Below are positions 46,799 to 55,852 of a stretch of DNA of 64,000 nt, one piece after another. Positions within the stretch are counted from its first letter, which is position 1. The number at the start of each line of letters is the position of its first letter. The stretch is from Dehalococcoidia bacterium (GTDB lineage: Bacteria > Chloroflexota > Dehalococcoidia > Lucifugimonadales > Australimonadaceae), in contig CBDFHJ010000008.1 in the NCBI GenBank assembly GCA_965247635.1, positions 135,653 to 199,652 on the forward strand, given 5' to 3'. A model generated the notes under the pieces. It ran no database searches, was not told the origin of the DNA, and saw only the letters and a program-made list of their open reading frames with translations. A program made the position numbers and the translations under genes.

Positions 46799-47821
46799 CT
46801 ACAGCTTGCCGGTGATGGTTGCCACCGCGGCGTCCTTGAGGCCCTTGAGGGAGCCAAAGGTCTCGTTCACCGCCGTGGGCTCGTAGCCGCAGTGGACCAT
46901 GCAGTCTTGGCACTTTGGGTTGCCGCTGGCCCTGCCGTACTCTTCCCATGGCGTGGTCTCCAGCAGCTCTTTGAAGCTGGAGGCGTAGCCCTCTTGCAGG
47001 AGGTAGCACGGGCGCTGCCAGCCGAACATGTTGTAGGTGGGGTTGCCCCACGGCGTGCACTCGTAGTCACGCTTGCCCATGAGAAACTGCAAGAACAGGG
47101 GTGACTGATTGAGCCGCCAGCTCCGCTTCTTGTCCGACAGTACCTGAGTGAAGAGTTGTTTCGTGTTCTCGCGCTGCAGAAAGTGGTCCTGGTCTGGCGC
47201 CTTTGAGTAGCTGTAGCCGGGAGAGATCATCATCCCCTCGACTTTCAACTCCATCATGGCGTCGAAGAACTCCCGGACGCGCATGGGCTCCGCGCCGTCG
47301 AACAAGGTGGTGTTCGTCGTCACGCGGAAGCCCCGGCTGACCGCTTCCCTAATGCCCTCCACCGCCTGGTCGTAGACGCCGTCGCGGCAGACCGACTCGT
47401 CGTGTTCCTCCCTCAGGCCGTCCATGTGGATGCTAAAACTCAGGTATTTGGAAGGCTGGAACGCTCCCTCCTCCAATCGCTGCTTCAGCAAGACGGCGTT
47501 GGTGCACAGGTAGACGTACTTCTTGCGCTTGCCCAGCTCGTCCACCAGCTCGGCGATGTGGGGGTACAGCAGGGGCTCTCCCCCGGGAATGCTTACCATG
47601 GGGGCGCCACACTCCTCCACCGCGGCCAGGCACTGCTCCACGGTGAGGCTCTTTTTCAAGATGTACGCGGGATACTGGATCTTGCCACAGCCGGCGCAGG
47701 CAAGGTTGCAACGCAGGAGCGGCTCCAGCATGAGCACCAGCGGATAGCGCTTCCGCCGCAAGAGCTTCTGCTTGAGCACGTACGTGGCTACCGTCCACGC
47801 CTGAGATGCCGGAACTCCCAT
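46799..47821 (-). CDS. hpnH: adenosyl-hopene transferase HpnH (radical SAM)
   Basis: ..RYPLVLMLEPLLRCNLACAGCGKIQYP..IL...L.VEQCL.AVEECGAPMVSIPGGEPLL.. (CxxxCxxC radical-SAM cluster). C-terminal ..NPKC.DCMVHCGYEP.A.. is typical of HpnH. Confidence 0.9.
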   Translation of the reverse strand: MGVPASQAWTVATYVLKQKLLRRKRYPLVLMLEPLLRCNLACAGCGKIQYPAYILKKSLTVEQCLAAVEECGAPMVSIPGGEPLLYPHIAELVDELGKRKKYVYLCTNAVLLKQRLEEGAFQPSKYLSFSIHMDGLREEHDESVCRDGVYDQAVEGIREAVSRGFRVTTNTTLFDGAEPMRVREFFDAMMELKVEGMMISPGYSYSKAPDQDHFLQRENTKQLFTQVLSDKKRSWRLNQSPLFLQFLMGKRDYECTPWGNPTYNMFGWQRPCYLLQEGYASSFKELLETTPWEEYGRASGNPKCQDCMVHCGYEPTAVNETFGSLKGLKDAAVATITGKL

Positions 47822-47861
47822 CCCTCGCTCCCTTCGACTTGCTAGAACTCAATTCGGTCCG

Positions 47862-47957
47862 CTCTCCCTCGATGGGAGAGGGCTGGGGTGAGGGTGGCCG
47901 CAAACCGGCGGAACGCCTTACCCCCTCATCCTAACCTTCTCCCGCCAGGGGAGAAGG
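47862..47957. repeat. REP-like compound palindrome between the polyprenyl synthase gene and hpnH
   Basis: CTCTCCC-tcgat-GGGAGAG (47862-47880), then GGCTGGGGTGAGGGTGG facing ACCCCCTCATCC, then CCTTCTCCC-gccag-GGGAGAAGG (47935-47957). Confidence 0.55.
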
Positions 47958-47980
47958 TCTCTTGAAACAGACGCGCTAGT

Positions 47981-49036
47981 CTAACGCTCCCGGCTTACGA
48001 AATACTCGGCCACCGCCTGGACCCGCTGCCTGGCAGCCGACGGAAGGTCCAGCCCTTCCAATGGCTCCAAGGCCGCGTGGCTCCGGGCTTCGGCCGTTTT
48101 CCTTACGTACGCGGGCGTCTCGACATCACCCATCATGACCATGACCTCTTCCACCTCCCGGCCTTCAACCTGGGGTGCGGTATAGATCTGGCGCAATCGC
48201 TCCCTGTCCCGACCTTTGGCCTCCTGGAACACGTGGACCACCGGCAGGGACTTCTTCTTGCGGCGGATGTCGGCGCCCACCGGCTTGCCCACCTTGGCGG
48301 GGTCGCCCCAGATGCCCAGGTAGTCGTCCTGCACCTGAAAGGCCTGCCCCAGCAGCCGTCCGCAACGGCCGAACGCACCGGCCACCTTCAACTCTCCGGT
48401 GGCCACCAGCGCCCCAACGAACATGGCAGACTCGATGAGGGCACCCGTTTTGCGGCTTATCATATCAAGGTAGCCGTTGGTCGTCACCTGGTCTGATTCC
48501 TCAAAGGCCATATCCAGGTACTGGCCTTCGATCATCTCCATGTAGCGGGCGGTGAGCATCAGGGACGCGGTCACGGCGGTAGGGGCGGGCACACTTAGGT
48601 CCGCCAGCGCCAGCAGCGACTGGTCGGCTAGGACCCGCATGGCGTTGCCGGCGGTCACCGCCTTCGGGATACCCCAGATGCTCCACGTCGTAGCCCGGCC
48701 GCGGCGGGTCGCGTCGCGGTCTTGAATATCGTCGTGGATCAAAGAGAAGTTGTGGATGAGCTCTAGCGATGCCGCCGCGGGCAGCGCCTGGCGCCACTCG
48801 CCTCCCGCCAGCTCGCACGCCATCAGGCACAGCAGTGGACGGAGGGCTTTGCCGCCGTTTCCTGTAACGGTGTTGCCGTCGGCCTCTTCCCACCCCAGGT
48901 GGTAGCGCAGCAACGTGTGGACGTCGCCTTCCCGCTCAGCATCTGCCCGCGGGACCACGCGGCGCAGCTCATCGTGGACCGCGTCCAGGTAGCGCGCTTG
49001 GAGCGCCGCAACTTCGCGTTCGGCCGTTAGTTGCAC
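47981..49036 (-). CDS. polyprenyl diphosphate synthase (FPP/GGPP synthase family), canonical
   Basis: First Asp-rich motif LIHDDIQDRDATRRGRAT and second Asp-rich motif FQVQDDYLGIWGD are both intact. 351 aa. Adjacent to the hopanoid genes. Confidence 0.85.
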   Translation of the reverse strand: MQLTAEREVAALQARYLDAVHDELRRVVPRADAEREGDVHTLLRYHLGWEEADGNTVTGNGGKALRPLLCLMACELAGGEWRQALPAAASLELIHNFSLIHDDIQDRDATRRGRATTWSIWGIPKAVTAGNAMRVLADQSLLALADLSVPAPTAVTASLMLTARYMEMIEGQYLDMAFEESDQVTTNGYLDMISRKTGALIESAMFVGALVATGELKVAGAFGRCGRLLGQAFQVQDDYLGIWGDPAKVGKPVGADIRRKKKSLPVVHVFQEAKGRDRERLRQIYTAPQVEGREVEEVMVMMGDVETPAYVRKTAEARSHAALEPLEGLDLPSAARQRVQAVAEYFVSRER

Positions 49037-49217
49037 AGCCGTTTCCTATCCCGGCAGGGACCTGTCCGGCTGCCTTGGCTTCCGATGGTCGGAGGGTAGC
49101 GCAGGGCCATGGCCGTGTCAAGGCAATCTAGCCCACCGTTATGGCGTAGTGGCCTTGGCGAAAGGCTCGCGCCATACATTTGCTACCGCTGCTAGTGCAC
49201 TTCCTGACTCCACCGAT

Positions 49218-50084
49218 TTAGAGTACCTTCACGTGGTAGGTGTTGCAGTCGGAAGTCAGTTGTACTATGTCGTTACCGGCACCGGTGTCCATGAGCCAAA
49301 CCTTCGCGCCAATGCTCTCCAGCCTGTCTACTACCTCTTGGTAGGCATGGACATCCTGATCATCACCACCTGCACTGATGACCGCGACCTCCGGCTTCGT
49401 TTCATTCAGAAAGGGTGAGGATGGGTAGGAGCTAGAGCCCTTGTGCGCCACTATCAGGACGTCAATGTCTCTTAAGATGCCTGCGGCTAGCATCTGCCGC
49501 TCCGATTGAGCTGTGCCGCCGGCAGCGAACAGGACGGCGACGTCGCCGCAGGCCATCTCGAGAACGAAAGAATCAGTACTGGAGTCGTCCGAGTGGCCCC
49601 TAGGGGATAGCACGATTAGGTCGAGCGGACCGAAAGACACCGAGCCGACGCCCTGCAATATGGAATGCGGGCCCCAGAGCATGAAATGCCAGTAGACGTC
49701 GGTGATACCAATCTCGTCAATAAAGTATGCACGCCTAGTCCCGTAGGCCCTCCCTATTTCATTCAATTCGCCAAGGCGGTTAACATCGGCGTGAGTGATC
49801 AGGATGGCATCTAGGTCCGTCACACCGACGGCATCCAGGCTTTCAAAGAGAAGCGACTGACTTCCTCCCCGGTCTATCAGGATCGTGCCATGGTCCTCCG
49901 CGGCTACTACTAACGTGGCAGGGCCATTCCCGAGGTCGAGGAGGTAGACGGTGAACGACGGAGCTGGCCGAATTGGTGGCAAAGTGGACGAGGGAGTTGG
50001 TGTCGGTGTGGGTAGTGCCTGGCCGCAGGCCGCTAAGAAGAGCGCAACTAGTAACAAGGTGGACAGGTAAAGTGCCCGCTTCAT
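49218..50084 (-). CDS. ComEC-C-terminal-like metallo-beta-lactamase-fold lipoprotein with degenerate metal motif
   Basis: ATG 50084 gives MKRALYLSTLLLVALFLAAC (lipobox), a TPTPTP linker, then ..VYLLDLGNGPATLV......ILIDRGG.., and DAILITHADVNRLGEL where ComEC-type MBLs have THPHADHIGG. Later ..LIVAHKGSSSYPS..FL....PEVAVISAG (HHGS becomes HKGS). AT-richer than the flanks. Confidence 0.55.
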   Translation of the reverse strand: MKRALYLSTLLLVALFLAACGQALPTPTPTPSSTLPPIRPAPSFTVYLLDLGNGPATLVVAAEDHGTILIDRGGSQSLLFESLDAVGVTDLDAILITHADVNRLGELNEIGRAYGTRRAYFIDEIGITDVYWHFMLWGPHSILQGVGSVSFGPLDLIVLSPRGHSDDSSTDSFVLEMACGDVAVLFAAGGTAQSERQMLAAGILRDIDVLIVAHKGSSSYPSSPFLNETKPEVAVISAGGDDQDVHAYQEVVDRLESIGAKVWLMDTGAGNDIVQLTSDCNTYHVKVL

Positions 50085-50261
50085 GGGCTTAGTGTATCGC
50101 AGAAGCAGAGACCCTCCCCTCTCCACGGCTTAGAGCGACACACGGTGCTCGTTGCCGTGCTGAGGGGGTGGGTGGTGGGTGGTGGGGCTACCACTCCCGC
50201 TATCGCGCCCGCCATCAAACACAGCAATGGGCGCGCGGCCGTGGCTCTAACGGATGGGCTG

Positions 50262-50651
50262 CTAGTGCGCTTGCCGGTTCCACCGAGCTACCGTCAGCAG
50301 GGCCATCGCAAGGATGAGGTATGCACCGGTCATTGTCATGAGGCCAGCGGCGTAAATGGAGAAGACAGAGAAGCCGAAAAAACCTACCGCAATGACGAAA
50401 AATAACCAGGCCGAGGCAAGCCCTACCCCAGGAGGTCGTACATCCAGGAACTCGCTCCACGCGACCACAAAGGCCCCAACGCTTCCGGTCAGACCAAGGA
50501 CTGTAGCTACGGCCCCCAAAGCCCAGCGCATGCCCAGCGGGATGTTCAGGTGACCGTCAACTGCCAGCGACACGACGATTAAGAGCGACCAAAGCGCAAT
50601 GAGGATACCCAAGCCCGCGGCGATGAGGAACAACCAACCGCTTCCGTGCAT
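50262..50651 (-). CDS. hypothetical 4-TM membrane protein
   Basis: 129 aa, four clear hydrophobic helices (LFLIAAGLGILIALWSLLIVV.., WALGAVATVLGLTGSVGAFVV.., LASAWLFFVIAVGFFGFSVFSIY.., MTGAYLILAMALLTV). No family recognised. Confidence 0.4.
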   Translation of the reverse strand: MHGSGWLFLIAAGLGILIALWSLLIVVSLAVDGHLNIPLGMRWALGAVATVLGLTGSVGAFVVAWSEFLDVRPPGVGLASAWLFFVIAVGFFGFSVFSIYAAGLMTMTGAYLILAMALLTVARWNRQAH

Positions 50652-50689
50652 GGCATATCACCCTGGGCCAGGGTAGGGGTATTGCACCG

Positions 50690-51001
50690 CTAGCTCACGG
50701 CCTTACCACCCCGCCACGTTAGGCCGCACTCCGTGCACCGGTACGTTCGCAAGCTGAGCCAGAGCCGCGCAGCCAGCCACAGCGTCGCCGCGCCGTAGAC
50801 CGCCAAGGGCGTCAGCCACAGCGGTGCCGCATCCAGCACGAGCCCCGCCGCCAGCCACGGCGCGTACGTGATCCACAGCGCCAGCGCAAGGCGAATCAAC
50901 GCCCGCCGATGTCGTGCCGCCTGCAGGTCCCACGGCACCCGCACGGCGGGACTCGAGCATCGAGGGCAGCTCACCATCACCGGTCGCGAGAATGGCTGCA
51001 T
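50690..51001 (-). CDS. hypothetical small membrane protein with split zinc-ribbon cysteines
   Basis: ATG 51001 gives a 103-aa product: CPRC near the N-terminus, two TM helices, CTEC near the C-terminus. The 182-aa ORF-track version extends antisense into the aldo/keto reductase gene and is unlikely. Confidence 0.35.
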   Translation of the reverse strand: MQPFSRPVMVSCPRCSSPAVRVPWDLQAARHRRALIRLALALWITYAPWLAAGLVLDAAPLWLTPLAVYGAATLWLAARLWLSLRTYRCTECGLTWRGGKAVS

Positions 51002-51104
51002 GGCCAACTCACCATACCATATGCTGCCGGTCCCTACGGTTTTCCCCGGCGTCCAAAGCGGGTAGGATGGGTGACCAGCCGGAAGTGAGGAACGTGGAGG
51101 GCCC

Positions 51105-52037
<933 letters not shown>

Positions 52038-52066
52038 GCGATGCGGCATTGATGCTTCCCTGGCAT

Positions 52067-52117
52067 GCTCAGCGGAGCGAGGGACCTCCCGGCGAGAGGC
52101 CCTTCGCTACGCTCAGG
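52067..52117. repeat. REP-like imperfect palindrome
   Basis: GCTCAGCGGAGCGAGGGACCTC faces GAGAGGCCCTTCGCTACGCTCAG, about 20 bp with a few mismatches. Confidence 0.5.
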
Positions 52118-52145
52118 GTGACAAACGAAACGCCGAGTGAGTTCA

Positions 52146-52183
52146 CACCAATGGGCCCCGCCTTCGGGCGGGGCCCATTGGTG
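52146..52183. terminator. perfect 17-bp hairpin with a TTCG loop between convergent genes
   Basis: CACCAATGGGCCCCGCC-TTCG-GGCGGGGCCCATTGGTG. No flanking U/A tract. It lies between the AKR stop (52037, +) and the ftsZ stop (52402, -). Confidence 0.5.
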
Positions 52184-52401
52184 GCCCACTCCCGTGGCGC
52201 ATCGGTGTGGGCCCAGGAGGAGGGACTGAGGACACTCGCGAGGGGATCGCGGGCGTCCAGGGAGCCCCGGCGCACCGGGGCTGCTCTGCGATTGTTAAAC
52301 CCCTCCTAGCTGCCCAAGCCACGCCCTTGGAGAGGCGTTGCTAGCGGAGGACCGCGCCGGGGGAGGTGTAACCCGACGCGGCCCAGGGAAGGAGTAATCG
52401 T

Positions 52402-53502
52402 TCAGCTAAGCTCCGGCAGCTCCTCTGCGTGGCGCGCGCCGGTCCGCAGGAACGGAGGCAAGTCGAGATCGCTCTCGTTCTCGCCTAGCGCTTCTCGCAG
52501 AAAGTCGGAGATGCCATCGTCACGCAAGGTGTCGGCCTCAACGGTGGGAAGCCCGGTGGCGATGATGGTCACGCGCACTTCGTCCTCCATCTTGAGGTCG
52601 GTCACCATCCCGAAGATGATGTTGCCCTCGGGGTCCACCGAACGGCTGATCAGGTCGGCGGCCTGCTGCACTTCCAGCAGCGTCATGTCAGAGCCGCCCG
52701 TGATGTTGAACAGCACGCCGCGGGCGCCCTCGATACTGACGTCTAGCATCGGGCTGTTGAGGGCCGCCTTGGCGGCGTCAGCGGCGCGGTTCTCTCCGTG
52801 CCCATGCCCGATAGCCATCCAGGCGGGGCCGGCGCCGCTCATGATGGTCTTTACGTCCGCGAAGTCCAGGTTGATCTCTCCCGGCACGGTGACCAGCTCG
52901 GCGATGGACTGGACCCCCTGGCGGAGCACTTCGTCCGCCATCTTGAAGGCGTTTTCTGCCGTCATGGTTTCGTCTACTATGCTGGTGAGCCGATCGTTGG
53001 GGATAACGATGAGGGTGTCGACGTTGTCCTTGAGCCGATGGACGCCATCATCTGCGGTCTTGGTCCGCTTGCGCCCTTCGAAACCAAAGGGCTTGGTTAC
53101 CACGGCAATGGTCAACGCCCCGATCTCACGTGCGACCTCCGCGACCACCGCCGAAGCGCCGGTGCCGGTGCCGCCACCCATGCCGGCGGCGATGAACACC
53201 ATGTCAGCCGAGCGCAGCACCTCGTAGAGCTCTTCGCGCGACTCCTCAGCAGCGGCCCGGCCAAGCTCCGAGTCACCGCCCACACCCAGGCCGCGGGTCA
53301 GCTTATCGCCAATACGAATCTTTACCGGCAGCTCGCTCCGCAGCAGGTGCTGCGCATCGGTGTTGACCGCTATGTACTCGATGCCCGGGACCCGGTCGAG
53401 GTACATGCGAGAGACGGCGTTGCATCCGCCACCTCCTACGCCGATGACCTTGACCTGGGCTAGGCCATCCATTGAGACCAACGGACTAAAGTGCTCGTTC
53501 AT
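52402..53502 (-). CDS. ftsZ: cell division GTPase FtsZ
   Basis: ..IKVIGVGGGGCNAV.RM.., tubulin signature GGGTGTGA (AAGMGGGTGTGASAVVAE), and C-terminal peptide DLDLPPFLR. GGAGGA lies 8 nt upstream of ATG 53502. Confidence 0.95.
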   Translation of the reverse strand: MNEHFSPLVSMDGLAQVKVIGVGGGGCNAVSRMYLDRVPGIEYIAVNTDAQHLLRSELPVKIRIGDKLTRGLGVGGDSELGRAAAEESREELYEVLRSADMVFIAAGMGGGTGTGASAVVAEVAREIGALTIAVVTKPFGFEGRKRTKTADDGVHRLKDNVDTLIVIPNDRLTSIVDETMTAENAFKMADEVLRQGVQSIAELVTVPGEINLDFADVKTIMSGAGPAWMAIGHGHGENRAADAAKAALNSPMLDVSIEGARGVLFNITGGSDMTLLEVQQAADLISRSVDPEGNIIFGMVTDLKMEDEVRVTIIATGLPTVEADTLRDDGISDFLREALGENESDLDLPPFLRTGARHAEELPELS

Positions 53503-53518
53503 GGTCTGGTTCCTCCTT

Positions 53519-53554
53519 TGTAGTGACGCTTGTAGTGACGCTTGTAGTGACGCT
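53519..53554. repeat. perfect 3 x 12-bp tandem repeat immediately upstream of the ftsZ Shine-Dalgarno
   Basis: TGTAGTGACGCT x3 (53519-53530, 53531-42, 53543-54). On the ftsZ strand: ATGAGCAAA-(AGCGTCACTACA)x3-AAGGAGGAACCAGACC-ATG. Confidence 0.9.
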
Positions 53555-53667
53555 TTTGCTCATGTACTCCGCAACCGCGTGCCGTTGCTCCAAAGCAGAC
53601 TTGATACGCGTACGAATCTCTTCGAATAAAACGACGCCCCAGCCCACAAGCGTGGGGACTACGGAGT

Positions 53668-54927
53668 TCATACCCGCACCTCTGTAGGCCGCCGGGGAGA
53701 TAGCCAAGATACCCACCCCCGTAGCCGTTGCAGCACCGGTGGTGAAAGGGATACGCGTGGACTGATGGCGCTTGCCCGCTGGTGGCGGGTCCCCCATAGC
53801 AGAAGCCCAACGCCCGTGGCGAAAGAGGTCTCGGTTAGCTCTTCGGGCAGCCCCAGGGCCTGGGAAGGAACTCCCAGCCGCACGGGGCAAGATGCGTACT
53901 CCTGGGCCACCTCTGCGAGGCCTCTTAGGTTGGCTGAGCCACCCGTGAGGACGAGCCCCGCCTGGGGCATCCGGGACCATCCGAGCGCACGAACGACGTG
54001 CATGATTAGCTTGACCAGTTCAATGGCCCGGTCGCGCAGCAAGGTGTTCAACCAAAGCTGCGAGAAACGCTTGCTCTCCGAGGCATCCTCGAGCTGTACC
54101 TCTATCAGCTCCTTGGGGCCAACTCGGTCGGTCAACGCGGAGCCATACCGCAACTTGACCTCCTCCGCGACCGATAGGGGAACGCCCAGGCCAATGGACA
54201 CGTCGCTGGTGAACTGCTGGCCGGCCACGGGCACCGACGCCGTGTGATGGAGAACGCCGTCTTTGTAGATGGCGATGTCGCTGGTGCCCCCACCGATATC
54301 CGCCAGCACCACGCCCGCTTCCCGGTCATCGATGGTAAGCACCGCCTCGCTGCTGGCCATGTGCTCCATCACCAGGCCGCGCACCGGAACGCCGGCCGAG
54401 TGCACCACCCTGGCTACGTTAGCCAAAGAAGCGGTATCGCCCAGCACCACGTGCGACTCCACCGCCAAGCGGCGGCCTGAAAGCCCCACCGGGCTCCGCA
54501 CGCCCTGTAGGCCGTCCACTCGATAGCCGCGTGGAATGACGTGGACTACCTGGCGACGCCCCCCGGGGTCAGGCCGTGATGACTCGAGCAAGCGGTCCAC
54601 GTCTCGCTGAGATATGGTGCTCCCAGCCTTTGCCTTGCGGGTCACGGAAATCGCGGTGTTCATCGTGCGAAGGTGATTGCCGGTAACGCCGACAAAGGCG
54701 GGAGGCAACGGCCCTCCCAGCATGCTTCGCGCGTCGTCCACAGAGTCTTGGACCGCGGTTTTCAGCTCATCCGGGTTTATGACCATTCCCTTCTTCATTC
54801 CTTCAGAGGCTGCATGGCCAAGGGCTACCACCTGCATCTCACCCTCGGACGATACCTTGGCCACCAACGTGCACACCTTGGTGGTGCCTACGTCTACGGC
54901 GGTATAGAGCATCTCTTTAGAGGCCAC
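53668..54927 (-). CDS. ftsA: cell division protein FtsA (actin-like ATPase)
   Basis: ..LYTAVDVGTTKVCTLVA.., ..VLADIGGGTSDIAIY.DG.., ..LTGGSANL.GL.E.A.... C-terminal amphipathic helix LQRLRGWVSWL. Confidence 0.9.
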   Translation of the reverse strand: MASKEMLYTAVDVGTTKVCTLVAKVSSEGEMQVVALGHAASEGMKKGMVINPDELKTAVQDSVDDARSMLGGPLPPAFVGVTGNHLRTMNTAISVTRKAKAGSTISQRDVDRLLESSRPDPGGRRQVVHVIPRGYRVDGLQGVRSPVGLSGRRLAVESHVVLGDTASLANVARVVHSAGVPVRGLVMEHMASSEAVLTIDDREAGVVLADIGGGTSDIAIYKDGVLHHTASVPVAGQQFTSDVSIGLGVPLSVAEEVKLRYGSALTDRVGPKELIEVQLEDASESKRFSQLWLNTLLRDRAIELVKLIMHVVRALGWSRMPQAGLVLTGGSANLRGLAEVAQEYASCPVRLGVPSQALGLPEELTETSFATGVGLLLWGTRHQRASAISPRVSLSPPVLQRLRGWVSWLSPRRPTEVRV

Positions 54928-54940
54928 TATCAGCTCTCCC

Positions 54941-55852
54941 CTAGCCAGGCGTTACGGCTTGCTCGGCGACGCGTAGGCGTGCGCTCCGGCTGCGACGGTT
55001 CCCCCGTACCTCCTCTGGAGTGGGCTTGATCACCCGCCTGATGGTCGGCTGCGGCCGCTCACCCGAAGACAGGCGTTTGGCTTCGTTCAGAAAGGTCTTG
55101 ATGAGCCGGTCTTCCAAGGAGTGATAGGCGATGGTGACCAGTCGGCCTCCGGGCCCAAGGACCCGCGCCGCCCCTCCTAGGGCCGACGCCAGATGCTCCA
55201 GTTCGCTGTTTACCGCCATACGCAACGCTTGAAAGGTGCGGGTCGCCGGATGGGTGCGTCCTCGCCGGTAACCCGATGCCTTGCGCACGATATCGGCCAG
55301 CTGCTGCGCCGTGGTGATTGGCCGCTCGGCGACTATAGCTCGGGCGATTCGACGAGACCTAGGCTCCTGGCCGAAACGGAAGAGCAGGTCGGCGAGCTCG
55401 CGTTCGCTGCTGTCGTTCACCAGCTCCGCCGCCGTCCTGTCCTCCGACGGGTCGAACCGCATGTCCAACGGGCCTGGGCGCTGGAAACTGAACCCTCGCT
55501 CCTCAGCTTCAAGCTGACGGGAGGAGAGCCCCAGGTCGAATAGGACACCGTGCGCGGGAACGAACCCGTGGGAGTGCGCCGCGGCTTCCAGCGTGTCGAA
55601 GTTGGCGTGAAGGACCACGGCCGCGCTGCCGTAGGGTGCCAGCCGGTGCCGGCAGAAGGCGACCGCTTCCGGATCGGCGTCCATACCCAACAGGCGTCCG
55701 CCTGGCGTGGCGGCCTCCAAGATGGCGGTGGCGTGGCCCGCGTCGCCCAAGGTGCAGTCGATGTACGCACCGCCCGGCCTGACGGCCAGACTGTCCAACA
55801 CCTCCTGGACCATTACTGGCTGATGGAAGGCCCCTGGCGTGTCGGAAGTCAT
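54941..55852 (-). CDS. rsmH: 16S rRNA (cytosine1402-N4)-methyltransferase RsmH (MraW)
   Basis: From ATG 55852: ..HQPVMVQEVLD.L....GG.YIDCTLG.AGH...IL.., ..FDLG.SS.QL......RGFSF....PLDMR.., ..YHSLEDR.IK..F... ATGA overlap with the mraZ stop (55849-55852). Confidence 0.9.
   Translation of the reverse strand: MTSDTPGAFHQPVMVQEVLDSLAVRPGGAYIDCTLGDAGHATAILEAATPGGRLLGMDADPEAVAFCRHRLAPYGSAAVVLHANFDTLEAAAHSHGFVPAHGVLFDLGLSSRQLEAEERGFSFQRPGPLDMRFDPSEDRTAAELVNDSSERELADLLFRFGQEPRSRRIARAIVAERPITTAQQLADIVRKASGYRRGRTHPATRTFQALRMAVNSELEHLASALGGAARVLGPGGRLVTIAYHSLEDRLIKTFLNEAKRLSSGERPQPTIRRVIKPTPEEVRGNRRSRSARLRVAEQAVTPG

Noticed and set aside
49091-49180. GGAGGGTAGCGCAG... looked like a tRNA 5' end and D-arm
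   Set aside because: There is no T-loop (GGTTCGAAT-like) motif and no acceptor-stem complement. The local hairpin TATGGCG..CGCCATA (49140-49176) does not give a cloverleaf. I spotted no tRNA-like T-arm anywhere in the intergenic regions.
53519-53554. Tandem repeat considered as a mini-CRISPR array
   Set aside because: The units are 12 nt and directly abut with no spacers. No cas genes are nearby. It is a simple tandem repeat in the ftsA-ftsZ spacer.
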